Below the pieces are notes generated by a model. The model was given only the letters and a program-made list of their open reading frames with translations, had not been told where the DNA came from and did no database searches. From the human T2T-CHM13v2.0 reference genome, Homo sapiens: a stretch of DNA of 64,000 nucleotides. Every line of letters starts with the position of its first letter. Positions within the stretch are counted from its first letter, which is position 1. A program made the position numbers and the translations under genes. The stretch lies in NCBI RefSeq assembly GCF_009914755.1, contig NC_060935.1; one strand, given 5' to 3'. Below are positions 13,381-27,341 of the stretch, one piece after another.

Positions 13381-16300
13381 TTTGTTTGGATTCCTCCCAC
13401 CTAAAGGTCTCCAAGAGATGAACTGAAATGTCAGGAAGAACTTTTCATCAATTTCTTAATTAAAAACTCTACTGTAGCAGCAGAAGGAACTGGCCCACTC
13501 TAGAAACCTAAGGAGGTGAGGTTTTTGTTTTATGTTGTTTCCCCCCAAATAACACAAGTCATGGGCTCCTCACTAAGCTCCACGCCTCAATCATGGCCTC
13601 ACTAGGTCTCTAACAAGGGCCCTGGCCCATTGCTCGAGACAGCATCCAGGACAGGGATAGATATAATTAGAGGTGGTACCAACAGGCGGGGTCTGGTCCT
13701 CTGCCCTGATTCTTGATCCCTTCCTGACTACATCCTGGCTTTCCCTGGCACCGTAATGGGTTCCTCACTTCCCCTGAACATTCTGAGTTAGAGTAGCCAG
13801 GCCTGATGCTCTCACCATGGAAACGACTCATAGACCACCCAGGTGAGAGGCTGGGCTGGCCCAGCCAGGGAGCAGGGTCTGACATGCTGTTAGGGACCCA
13901 GTCTGAAGACAACTCAGCACACAGACTCAGCTCTGCGGTATAAGGCAAAGTTGATCTCCAGGTTCAGAACTGGGGTTATCATCTTTCCTGAATATTCATT
14001 CACTCATTCAGCAAAAATGTGGATGACACAGTGCCAGGCACCCATCTTTAAGTAAGGTTCAGGCCCTGTCAACCTGGGCCTTGTGAGGTCCCACAGTTGG
14101 AAGGTTGGGCATGGCTGGTGTCCCCATGCCTCTATGACAAGTTTACAATGCTGCTGGCCCAAGAGAGCCACAGAAGACAGCCTGGTGATTGGTAATGAAG
14201 TGATCGTGTCCAACCAGGAGCAGAGGAGCCAAGAGGAAACAGGAAGAAGGAAAGGGGACAGGTGGCCTTGGCCTGCTTCAGTGCCCACTGTGTGGCAGGG
14301 CCTGTGCTTCGTCTGCATCAGCTCATTTAATCTGCATATGTAGCAGGGCCTGTGCTAGGGGCTTCACCCACATTTGCTCACTTAGTCTTCACAATGATCC
14401 CATGAGATGGGGAAACTGAGACCCAGAGCCTATAAGGATGGTGAGGAGGCAACATCAGGGACCTCAGGGAGCTTTAGGTGTTCCTGCATGAGGCAAGGGC
14501 CAATTGATGTGTGGCAAATAGAAGTGGCCACTGCACTTGAAGGGGAGGTGAATGAACCTAAAAAACCACTTTCAACAAGGTATCTCCCTGCAGAGCGGAG
14601 GTAATGATGCAAAGAAAAGAGAGAAGGAAGGAGGCCCATTGGGAGAAAGACCAGCAGGACAGAAACAAGCAGCAGAGCCGAAATGAAGAAAGGGAACCTC
14701 ACTCTGGATGAAGGAAGATGGCACGAAGGATGGAGAGCAGGCTCTGAAACGCTGGGGAAACAGGAGGGGAAAGCTAGACCTTCTGTAGGCAAAGCACACT
14801 GACCATGACCACGATGCAAATGTCAACTAATTAAAAAGAGACTCTCAGAACCAGTGGGCACAAGGACAGCTGTTCCTGGCTACTGCTAAGTGGTGGAGAT
14901 GGGGAGGGGAGAGGGAGGGGGGACACAGCCAGGTGGGAGAGGTGCCATTTTCCTGGGGTACAGCTGAGCCTTACCCAGCAACAACCACTTCCCTCTGTTG
15001 CTGATCCCCATGGGGCTGAACAGTCCCAAAGAGTTAGAGAGAAAAGTCTTTAAAGTCTGGGCAGGAAACCGAGGAACTCGGATAGCTGTGTGATACATTC
15101 ATTGCTTTTTTCTCACCGAATTTGAAAGAGCAAAGAACTGGCACGACAGCGGCTGGGTCTGTCAGTGGTGTTCGCAAACAGTGTTTGGCTTTCTCGATTC
15201 TGGCCTGGGATCCACAAGAGATGGATCAAGAAGGGCAACATTTCGAGAGGTGAGGAAGAGAGAGTTTGCTTAGAGATTAAATGATGTCATCAGCAGTGGG
15301 GGGAGGAGAAATGCATGAAATGGGTTACTATGGAGAGCTGCAGGGATGATGGAGAAAGAATTCACGTGTGGGAGGTACCGATGAATCAGACGAGGAAACT
15401 ATCCAGATGGGAGCTGAAAACAAAACTTCCCTCCTCAGAAGTCTACATAGCAACACGGACAGCTTGGCAACAAACAAAGAAAATGGAAGCCAAGCGTGGG
15501 GATGATCTCATGGCAATTGCAAAGATTTGCACGCGGGACTCCAGTCTGGGGCAATAGTGTGGTTGGGGGCAGTAGGGATTAACGCCACCTAATCTAAGGG
15601 TGAAAGTGTTTGGTGAGGTCAAAAGGGAAGAAGAACAGAGGTGAGAGCTCTGGATCTCTAATCTGCAGTTGATGCTCTGACCAGATGGAGGGAGAGAGAG
15701 GCTGTATTTCTGGCCCGCACTGCAGCATCAGTGGGGAGGAAAATAGGGAGGGTCTTGGCTGCCAAAGGAAAGGCTTTCATTCCAGTCAAAGCAGGGTGCT
15801 GGACAACTTGCTGAGCTAACAACTTCCTCTCCCAGTGGCTGGAGAGAATGATGCCATAGTTCTCTCCCCTGTGCATCTTGGGGGTCTCTGAGAGTCAGAG
15901 GAAACCTAGGAGTCTTTTCCTGTGAACAAATGCACCCCCATGGCAAATGTGTGCAGACACACACATATCTACATACACAGACCCCCTTTTGCCTTTTTCG
16001 GGGTATTTAGGAGGTCTCCAGAGACCACCCATGGTTCTCCTAGGACTCTGCAGGCAGGCTCTATTCAAAGCCTTTTGGTATTCTGGGCTTATCAACTCCT
16101 ATCACCCACAAAGAATTGAGTGGTGAGGTGGAATGTTGGGAACTGTAAGGGAAATGCCCGTGTCTTTTCACAGTGCCTGCTTGAGAGAGAAGGGGAGGCC
16201 AGGTATTCACAGAGCCTGGGTTTTAGTAGACAGATATCAAAGAGTGTATGGGAAAGAAATCTGTGGATTGTAGGCTTTGGGAGGAGATTCTCAAAACCAA

Positions 16301-16386
16301 AATTCTGCTTGTATAACCAGTGATGATCCAAAGCAGGAAGAAAAAGGGAGGAAACCCAGAATAATTAGGACCTGGAGAACTCTTGA

Positions 16387-16688
<302 letters not shown>

Positions 16689-16929
16689 CACAAGGGCTTA
16701 TATTTTTAAAAGGGCATAGAAAGAAAATAGAAAGGAGATTCAAAATTGCAGTTGATTGGGCTCTGTTAGAACAGTTAAGAAGATGAGCAAGAAGGGGCCG
16801 CTGGCTGGGGCCAATGGCATACTGTATGAGATGCCGGAGAGAAAGTGCAGCCCCTCAGCTTCCATTCAGCCGCTTGCATCCATGCCTGGGAGACTAATGT
16901 GCAATTTGAAGGGAAGAGGAAGGAAATTA

Positions 16930-17500
16930 ACATTTATTAAATAACTGCAATGTTCCCTCACTGAAGTGCTCCACACATTATAGGCATTATTTAATCTTCA
17001 AAACAACCCTGAGAGGAGCTTTTGGTATTTGCATTTTATAGATGAGAAAACTGGGATGTTAAGCAATGTGTTCAAGATTGCACACTTAATAAGTAGCAGA
17101 GGCTTGATTCAAATCTGTATATGTCTTTTTCCAAAGCGTGTTCCTTCTGTGTCCACTACCTCCCTGTCTAAATCTTAGAGGTCCTAGGATAAACCCATGC
17201 TCTGGGCATTACTACCTTGGCTAGCTCTGCCTGAGCTCACTGGGTAGCTGGTGAAATAGAGGAAAGGGCTAAATAGTCACCATAGGAAATATTGGCTGTG
17301 AGGCAGCAAGCACTTTCTAAGCACTTTTCACTAATTCATTTACTCCTCCCAACAAGCTTATAGGAAAGAGCCTTTAATCCCCACTCTTTTAAAGATGAGA
17401 AAACCAAATTCAGAGGCTTTATGGTAAGTCACCAGCTCATAAGTGGCAGAACCAGGATATGAACTCAGGCAGTCGGGCTTCAGCTCTGCGCAATTAACTA
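16930..17500 (-). mobile_element. MIR fragments
   Basis: atttaatcttcaaaacaaccctgagagg...cattttatagatgagaaaactg; aagtggcagaaccaggatatgaactcaggcagtc. Confidence 0.6.
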
Positions 17501-17926
17501 CTCTGCTAAAAATGAACACATACACAGTGCCTGACTGATCCCAAGAAGCTCCAGTTTCCCAGACCAGGTGACCACATCACAGGACATTGGGTTATCACTG
17601 AACTAATAGGAAGTTTTGATATGGAGAAGAAAAGGTTGGAAAACCAGATGGACGCATGGGATTTTAACCCAATGAGAGGAAAATGATTATTTATACTACA
17701 GACAATGGGACTTAACTCAAGCACAGGCAAGATTTCTTAAGAGTGGAAGAACAATGTCCCAGGCACATGAAAACAGCATGTACAAGTATCCTGAAAATGG
17801 ACAGAGGGAGGTGCTTAAGAGAAGCTGAAGGAAGCCTCTGCAGCCAGGGCAGAGGATAGCAGGTGCACAGGAGTGAGAGGGAGCTGGAGCTGAAAGGAAG
17901 GTGGAGCCAACCCTAAAGAAAGGGCC

Positions 17927-18270
17927 TGATATGGACAAACATGCTTCCCCAAAAGTCATCTGTTGAAAGTCTACTCTTGCAATGTGATAGTAATAGAAGG
18001 TGGGACCTTTGAGAGGTAGTTAGAATTCATGTGGTCATGAATGGGATTAGTGCCCTTATAAGAGTCATGAGAGAGCTTCTTCTCTCTCTCTTTCTCTCTC
18101 CATCATGTAAAGATATGAGAAGGGGCTTTCTGCAACAGGGAAGAGGACCCTCACCACACCCTGACTATGCTGGCACCCTGATCACAGAACCTCCAGTACT
18201 TTGAGAAACAGATGTCTGTTGTTAAGCCACCCAGTCTATTGAAGTTTGTTATAGTAGCCCAAAGTAAGGC
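17927..18270 (+). mobile_element. MLT1A-like solo LTR
   Basis: atgaatgggattagtgcccttataagag...gctggcaccctgatc...ttaagccacccagtctattgaagtttgttatagtagccc. Confidence 0.8.
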
Positions 18271-18514
18271 CCTGAAAGCCATCTTTAAGAGGTTCACCTT
18301 TATTCAAAGAGCAAGGATCAAGATTGAAAAGGGGTGGGTTTTGAGTGCCTGTGTCAAAAAATGGCGATTCTTCAGCCCAGCATAGTTTTTTTTTATCAGA
18401 ACAAGTCAATAAATACATCACATTTCTTTAACAGGCTAGGGCTGCAGGTCAGGAACACATGTAAACAACAACAACAGCAAGAATGACTACAAACAGTAAC
18501 GATATAAAACTTTG

Positions 18515-18850
18515 AGAGTCAGTGCAGTATAATGGTTAAATGGACAGATTTTGAGGGCTTCACTAACAGGGTTTAAATCCCAACCCCACTTACAACATAT
18601 GCACTTGGGCAATTTGTTCTGCCTCACTGGGTGTATGATTTATGTTATAAATTAGGAACAATAACAGAACAACTCACAGAGTTGTTAAAGAGTTAATGCA
18701 GGTAAAGCTTTTAGAAGAGTGCCTGGCAGGTACTGAATACTCAATAGGTGCTAGCTCTTAGTATTGCAATTAACATTTATCGAGCACTTACTATGTGTTA
18801 AATATATAGCAATAAAGATTTTACATGCATTATCCAATTTAATGATTGTG
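18515..18850. mobile_element. MIR (+) followed by a short inverted MIR fragment
   Basis: gggtttaaatcccaaccccactta...gtaaagcttttagaagagtgcctggca; then acatttatcgagcacttactatgtg. Confidence 0.6.
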
Positions 18851-18911
18851 GTGGTTATATACACAGGTTTTAAAAACATTTTTATCTTCAAAAACGAAGC
18901 TTTATTTCTAT

Positions 18912-19291
18912 TTAATTGAGTGTGGGCTGGATTTAGTTGCCTGCTCCTAAAAAATAGAATATGGCAGCAGTGGAAGTGATGATGTGTCACTTCTGAGACT
19001 AAACCATAAAAACCATTCCAGCTTGGACACTCTCTCTTGGATCACTCACTGTGGAGGAAGCCAACTGCCATGTCATGAGAAAAGATCCACACAGACCATC
19101 CAGGCCCAGTCAAACCTTCTGATGACTGCAGCCCTAACCAGCATCTTTACTACAACCTCATGATCCAAACCCACCCAGCTAAGACACTCCTGGATTCCTG
19201 ACACTCAAAATTGTGTGCAGTAACATGCCTTTGTTGCTTTAACCTGTTAAGACTGGTATAATTTGTTACATGGCAATAGATAGTTAACGCA
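18912..19291 (+). mobile_element. MLT1F-like LTR
   Basis: ttgagtgtgggctggatttag...tgtcacttctgagacta...ggaagccaactgccatgtcatgag...taatttgttacatggcaatagatagttaa. Confidence 0.75.
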
Positions 19292-19403
19292 ATGATCATT
19301 AGACAAAGTGTTCCTTCATATCCTTGAGGAAGGTTGCAAACTCAAAATGTGAGTAATCAAGGACTGCGGCAAACCAGAGAATGTATGCCCTGTCTAACGA
19401 AGG

Positions 19404-19630
19404 TGTCTTTCTTTGTTCTGGCTGCTACAACAGAATACCATGGACTGAGTGACTTAAGAACAACAGAAATTTATTTCTCACAGTTCTGAAGGCTGGGGAG
19501 TTCTAGATCAAGATGCCAGCAGATCCAGTGTCTGGTGAGGGCACTCTTCCTGGCTCATCAACCACTGTCTTCTTGCTGTGTCCTCACATGGCAAAAGGGG
19601 CAAAGGAGTTCTCTAGGATTCCTTTCACTT
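19404..19630 (-). mobile_element. MLT1A-type LTR fragment
   Basis: ggctgctacaacagaataccatggactg...aacaacagaaatttatttctcacagttctgaaggctgg...tgctgtgtcctcacatggc. Confidence 0.75.
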
Positions 19631-20639
19631 TGTTTCCATTCTTAAATATGCTTCTCACTCCCAGCTTTGATGTCACCAGGAAAATCTGTGCTGTCCCCAG
19701 GTTAATCTTGTCTCGACTCTAATTGGCTGGATGGTGATGGAGTAGGTGTCTAGCTCTTGTTCCATTTGCTGCCAATCTCTTTCTATTGGGACCGTGCCAT
19801 GAGTATGCACCACTGAGTTACTGATCCAAAGAGTGTTAAATTTTCCCAACTGTGAAAATTGGTTCTAGTGCCAGGAGCGGGGCTAAGTGCCCACATCTTC
19901 AATGGCTGAGGGTCGGCCTGGGCAGGAACGTAGGCAGTGCTTGGATACGGGACACAGGAGGGCAGTAGTGAGACGAGACCAGGGGAAGACTGGATTCCAA
20001 TCATGGAGGACACAAAACACCAGGCTAGAGTCTCTCAAAGGGTCTCCATCTGACCCACTGCAGGTCCCCAAACTCCATTCCGTCAGGAAAAAGGATGCTT
20101 CTGGATCCTTTGCAAACCCAGGAGAGAATCAGGAAATCATGATATGTTCAACCTCAGACATTCCAGATCTGAGAGCTCAGAGTACAGAAAATTTATCTCC
20201 TTTCCTAAATGGGGAATGAACAAATCAACACACAAACTCATGATCAACCTCCTGGAGGTAGCCAGTAAATGTGATCCTTCACAAGGACTTAGGCTATTGT
20301 GTGACTTCAGCTCTGATGAGCTCACTGCAAGGTTTGGTGCTGGGCAGCATGGTTGAGCTGGCCTGTTCCCAGCACTCGGTCCTAGAGGCTCAGGTCTTGG
20401 CCCCACTGCCCTGCCTCCTGTAACGCATGCAGATGCTGAGGGGGCCATTCCAAGTACCCCTTTGACATCCTGAGCATACACTCATCTTCTAGGAACAAGG
20501 ATACTGGGATTCCTCTACTAGGGAATAGCCCCTTCTGTTGCTCTGATCAAACATTTCACTTTCGCATATTTAATATTATCATTCAAAGTCATAAATGAGA
20601 AGGGCCAGGTTGCTGTGTATACAGTACACAATGCACATT

Positions 20640-21060
20640 CAGCAAACTTTTACTTAGAACCTTAGATTGCCTGTGTGCCAGGCTCTGTTCTAAACATTAA
20701 AGAGACACAGTCCCTTGTCTCAAAGAGTTCCTAGCCAAAGGGAAGGCAGATACAACAATAGATCCATAAGCTCCGTTCTAAATGGTGAGTGCTACCATAG
20801 AGGTGTGTACAGATAGCTAAGGAAATTCCCAACAACTAACTCTTGTTGAGAGTAAGGAAGGGCTTTACAGAAGCACTGGCATTTTGGCTGGGCCTTAAGG
20901 AATAAAGAAAAGTTTGCCAAGTGGACAAAGGTGAGACAAATCCTTCTAGTTAGAGGAATAGTATGTACCAAAGCAAGAAGAGATGAAGTAGGCTTACATA
21001 TTATTAGGTGAATTCAAGGTAATCACAGATGGCTGGCACAGAATTCTTCACATAAAGGCA
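20640..21060 (-). mobile_element. L2 fragment
   Basis: tgtgtgccaggctctgttcta...cagtcccttgtctcaaagagtt...gagtgctaccatagagg. Confidence 0.5.
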
Positions 21061-22149
21061 GAAAGGCTAGAAAGCAAATAGGCACCAGAAGAATCATGCA
21101 ATCATGGTTTATTTTCTGTCACCTTGGGAACGCTACCCTTCAGAGTGTTTATAGAACAGAGATTGTCTTAAACGATCCAGCCTGGTGGAATTAGATTTCT
21201 TTCCTCTTCATTTATGAAATGTAAGCAACTCATCCAATATTCTCAGAAAAAATAACTGTTGTCATTGTGGGCGTAGACATGTTTTAATCCATGATGACAG
21301 CTTGTCTTCAATCATAAACTGCTTTTATCTTATTGAACCAGGCTTTGATGGTGGGTGGCTTCCTCTGATCTGCTGCCATGCTGGGCAGAACTTTTCAGCA
21401 ACAAAAAGCAAAATGATGAGCTTCTTTTGTCAAGGTGTCCATAGGCCTCTGCTCAGGGCATGGAGTTATGTGACACTGAGGACATCAGCCACAGCTCTTG
21501 GAGAGAAGGATTGCACATGGCATGGCTTTCTGTCCTCAAACTTCATTATCTCAAGGCATAAGTCCTCTTTTTCATGGATAGAGCCAGTGTCCCAAAAACT
21601 CTTTAAGGAACTATAAATCCCAGTCATTTTCCAAACCTAAAGTGTGGCATTTTAATGCACCTGCCTTGCAGCTGCGGGTAAGAACAGCGTCTGCAGGAGG
21701 GAAATAGGAAGATATAAAAATACAAATGGCTTCTTGTAGTGCTGTTGGCATCTGACAAGGAGCCTCAGGTGTCCCCACGGGCCCCGGAGATGGTGTAATG
21801 CTTGTTTCTCTTTGGAGTTAGCACAGCTCTAGAAAGTGGGTGCTTCTTTCTTCTCTGCCCCAGGCATTCCCCTGAGGAAAGTGAGCCTCAGAACTGGGAA
21901 AGAAAAGTGATCCTTTAGGAAGAATCATGCTCTCCCCAGGGCAGAAGGAATGACGCTCCAGCATGATGTGGAGGAGATGAGAGGACACAGACAGGGAACA
22001 AATCAGGGGTCTGTACAGCAGAGGGGTATGCAGAGAGCTAAGCAATGCCTGTAACCAAACACTTGACCTTGAACTTGCGGCATCCTTCTCAAAGCCTCCC
22101 ACAGGAAGGGCCTTCCACAGTTAGTTTATCCAACCCTTCAGCACTGTGT

Positions 22150-22330
22150 GAATCCTCCACATCACATTTCCGATATGGGGTCCATGCCCTGCTTGATTAT
22201 CTCCTGGCATGGGGAACTCACTACCTTATAAAGCAGCTAATTCTCCTGTTGAATGGCTGTGGGTGAGAGAAAAGTCTTTCTCAAGTATACAAGAAATCTA
22301 CTCTGCAGTCACATCCACCCACTGGTTCCA
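22150..22330. mobile_element. CR1/L3-like fragment
   Basis: ggggaactcactacc...aagcagc...ttgaatggctgtgggtgagagaaaagtctttct resembles L3. Confidence 0.4.
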
Positions 22331-25300
22331 AGTGTTTGCCCAGGGGAACTCTGCTACCAGCCAGTCCTGATTTGGGGAGCTGCTTTGGGCATCCCAAGTC
22401 TTCCCTTCTGGAAACTGAATACTGTACTTCTAGATCCTTTCACCATCCTCATGTGTCATTCTTTGTCTCTGAGAGGTCAGATCACATTTTCTTCCCTCTG
22501 GAACTTCTCCTTCTGAAAGTCCCCAAGGGGTCTTAGTCCAGGGCTATACTCTCTCCTCCCCTGTTATTCTGCCATGGGAGAGAGAGGCTTTGATCCAAGC
22601 CAGTGCCCACCACCTGGGGAGGACAGGTTGCTTGGTAGACAGTAGCCTTGCCTCACCCTCAACTGTGCTGTGAACTCTGCTAACTGCTGTGCCGACTCTC
22701 CCCCTGGCCAGGTACAGGAGAGAGTGCTGACGGTCTGTGGGCTGTAGGACACAGTGCTCCGTGATGCTGCAGAAGAGGGTGAGGTTGCTCCTTGTCCTTC
22801 AGTTTAATTGCTGTGGATGGTACAGAGGAAACCCAGCCCTGCTGCCAGCAGCTGTAACTGCTCCCCCTTAGATGGTCAGAGGATCCCTGTCCTCAATTCC
22901 TGGCCCCTATTCCAGAGGAGTCATGTGCAGTGGGCAGGATCCAGGCAGCCTGGCTCTTCTGAGGGAGCTGTGCCCAGAGATACCAGGCAAATGATGAGCG
23001 AATGCCCCGCCACTTGCTGGCAGCAGGAGGAGAGCATTCCCATGTCTCATGGGCTCCCCATGAAATGGGCTTTCTCTTCCGTAAAGGAGTGAGTGTCTAG
23101 GGGAGTTCATGCGTGCACGGCATGGAGCCAATTATCGCTGCTCCAGGAAATGGGGATGGCATTGATCACTGAATTCCCCAGGGGAGCCCTGGGCTTCAGT
23201 GCCAATGCCTCTGCCTCACCATCCATCTGTGAATAGGGGTAAGACAAGCGGGTATATTAGTTGGATTCAACTTCGGCTGCTTTTATTCTCTCACCCTCCC
23301 TAGGGAAAGCAAATGCCCATGAAATTCAGCAAGGCAAGAGGAGCAGGAGCAGGAGCTGAAGCACTCAAAGGCTGATGTAAGCCCTGGCCCGGAAGGAGTT
23401 AAGGATCAAACGGCGCCCAGGGAGTGAGCCAAACATTCCATGTTATAGAAGTAAGGAGAGTCACGTGGGAGGAAAATGTCTGAGTGTATCTGAACCACGG
23501 CTCCATCCAAACCTAAGCCCTCCGCCCCACCCTGCGTTCTGGAATTCCTCTCAAGCTTTACTGCCCGCAACCATATTCTCATTCAAATGGGACTCTCTCT
23601 GTCTCAACTCTCATTTCAACCTAACTCTGACTTCATCTCAACCTTAACATCCTTTTGACCTCAACCTTCATCCCGGCTCCAGCCCCGCACAGACCCTGAC
23701 CATACCCTGGCGACTCCATCAGCTATGATTTCACCACCACCTGGCCTCAACTTGAACATGCCCCAGCCACACCTAACCCAGACCTCAGCAGACCCGGACT
23801 CCACTCCCAGCCCATGGCCACCCAGGCCAATCATGTTTCCTAGAGCAGAGCATGAAAGGGGTCCCGCCTGTCATGGGGGAACAGATGAAGCAACAGAGCT
23901 GCTTTGCTGTGCTCTGTGTTTCTCCTTCCTATTCTCCCACATAACTGTATGTCAGGTGGCCAGACACCTTCTTGTACCTTAGAGAAGTCAGACTCAGTTA
24001 CCTGACACTTCTGTGCCTTGAGCCCCGGCCGTGGCAACCTGAGTCAATGGCCTCCACTCTTATTTCTCTCCACTCTGTGCTGGGTAATGGGAGGCAATGT
24101 GGGGTGTGGGTGGTCAGGGCAAGGTGGATACAGGAGACCAGCTCCTCTTCCCTCCCTTAGTTTTAGATTTCTAGGCTATGAAGGAGACTCATGAGAAAAC
24201 CACGGCATCACTGTTAAAAATCATTTGGTTTTATTCCCACTACACTTATATTGTTTTTAAGACAAAATTAAGACCATGGTTATCTCCTCCACAGAGACGA
24301 GTTAAAATAATCCTTTTCAAAGTGAATTTGAAGTGGCTAGACTTTGGAAGGAATGAGATGGAGGTGGAAGGGTGTCGCAGATTTTCACTGACTTGGAGGA
24401 GGAGGGTACTTGTGCACATGAGTCTGGGGTTCAAGGTCTCTTCTTCCATGGGCTTTTGGATTTAGAGCAAAGAGAACCACATAGAAGCAAGAGGGCTCTT
24501 TGTCAGGGGCAAGTCTCAGAACACAGGAAAGGATCACATTTTCTCCTTAGGAAAGTTAGAGAGACGCGCCGAATGCAGACCACAAGTGGGGGCCCTCTGA
24601 GGGCGCCTTTTGTCCAATCTGCAAGCTGGGAGATATCTTTTCAATGCCTAGAAGCTATCAGATGGAAGAGAGCAAGTTCACGTTTCCTGAGAGTGAGAAA
24701 AGTCAAGATTACTCATGCAGCGATGGGTAAGAGTTCTATGTGGCAAGGAGGACATATGGGTGTGTGATCCTTCCATGCTATGCCTATATTCTGCATGTCT
24801 TTCTTGCTGCAGGCAGCCTTACTGCTGCACTAGTCCTAATTTGATTTTTAGCACCTTCAACATGGTCCTCTACAACAAGCAAGGTGTCGGCAGTCCTGCT
24901 GGACCAGAAGCCTCACATCTCATCTCACGGAGGTTCATAGCAGAGAGATCGGAGAGTCCCAAACAGCTACATGAGGATAAACATTCCCCCACAGTGTATC
25001 TCCCTATTGTGATTTTCTCCTTGTGAACTGTGTAACTTATATCATCATCTTAATAAAAATATATCTGTGAGAGCAATTGTATGTCATTGAATTTTAAAAT
25101 AATAGCCATATTTTCCAAGCACCTACTATGGGCTAAGCATATAGCCTGGGTTAGTGGCTGCCAGGGCTGTTGTAGACAACCCTCCTTTGGTAGGTAGGAG
25201 GATAATCATCATAATGTCTGCAGTTTCTACAAGATAAGAGTCTGTTGTAATGACTCAGCTCAGCTGTTTATTGTACCTTTTCTGGTTTTCCACCTTGGTA

Positions 25301-27003
25301 TCTGGTGACAACTATCAAATTACAGTTAAAGGTTGAAATATTCTGTCTCCATAGGGCTAACTTTTTATACTAAATGAACTGAAAGCTGGTAAGTATCACA
25401 AAATGCTGATATTTCCAGCCCCCTGTCCATCTCCAAAGTCGCTTGCAGAAATGGTTCAACATTTATGTACTATTTCAGCCATGTTGAAAGGAAGGGATGG
25501 TTCCCAGTTGCCATTGCAGTACAATAAAGGCAAAGTTGAACACCAGGGACCCAGAGGGTTAAAATGCCATACAAGTCGGGGCAGTATACCAAAATAATTT
25601 CAAAATGTGGCCAAAGCCATATTCTGGAATCACAGTCATCAAAACAAATATGATAATCAGAATACATGGGAGATGCCTGAGATAAAAGCCAGCAGAACAG
25701 AAAGGACATGGGAATTATCAAAGTCAAATATAGTCCAGGGTCATGTCCTTGGCCAGTGGATGTTCCCATCCCCGCCCTTTTGGAAGAAAGCCCAAGGCCT
25801 TGCCCCATAGGTGTGGGTCTTCAGGTTCTTTGCAAGAGGGTGAGGCCAGGAGGAATATTATCCCTGGAGGGTTTGCACTGAGGTGAGGGTCTCGGGGCCA
25901 GGTTGGACCAGGAGGAGGCCTTCCTTAGGACAGCTTAGAATAGCCTAAGTGGAGAAAGAACCTACTCAGTTCAGGGAGGAAGCAAGCTCATTGCCAAAGT
26001 ACTGAGCCTAATGGATTTAAACCAGCAGATTGCCAAGCCCAGGACTTGGGAACAAGCTGGGATTTTACACGTCATAGGCAGAGACAATGTGTTCAGGCCA
26101 AGGCCATAAAGGGGAGGAGTGCCTGAGGATGGCTGTGGATGGCAGGGGCTGGTTTTAAAGGTTGGCGTGTCCAGCTGACAGTCATCCTTCTTTGCAATCG
26201 TGTGGCTTTCTGACAGACCAGGCAAAAGGCTGGTGCTGAATCGCTGAAAGCACCCTCCAATCAGATTAGCAAACATTCCCTTGAGGAAACAGACCAGGCC
26301 ACTTCTGCAATGAAGAGGCAATTAGGGAAGCTGCCTTCCCCTGAGAGAGCCACCACCGCTGAGACACAGCCTGTGCCACTTCAGCACACACGTCTCTGTT
26401 CTGCAGAGCCAGAGATAAATAGCAAAGGCCACTGGGCTTCAACCCCATTTATTATTATTCAGAAATAGCACTGCGGAGTGTTCTCAGAGTCAGCTGCATG
26501 ATGTAGCCAGCCAATGCTGCCAGATGATTTAGGGGACAGGAGAGGAGATATTCCCAGTAACCGTGTTATCCCAGACAGTCAGGAGGCACTGCAGGACAAG
26601 GGAGCTGCAAAACTTTATTTGGCCACTGAACTTAATAAACCTAAAAGGAGGGCAAAGGAGAAGAGGGAGCATGGCCAAACAAAGGTTTGGAAAGCTAAAG
26701 GAAAAGGGACCAGATCCCCTGGGATTACGAGCAGCAGGAGTAAAGAGCAGCAAGCCATGGCTGCTCCACAGAAGAGAGGGAGGGAGGCCAGGGCAGAGCT
26801 CCCAGCTGCCTGTTGGATGCACCGAGTGGAGGCCCCACCCGCAGTCATTCACTCCTTGAAGCAGTGTGTCCTGAGCGCCCTATAAGAAACATTGTGTCTA
26901 AGATATAGCCCTCTCCCTGAGGAGTTTACAATAGAGCTGCCCAGAGAGAGAAATTATACAAAACAGTAATCAGAAAACCATACATTAAAAAGTATATACT
27001 ACT

Positions 27004-27341
<338 letters not shown>

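Noticed and set aside
23008-23022. CTCF-like motif (CCAGCAAGTGGCG on the - strand)
   Set aside because: Mismatch at a core position; cannot be supported without ChIP data.
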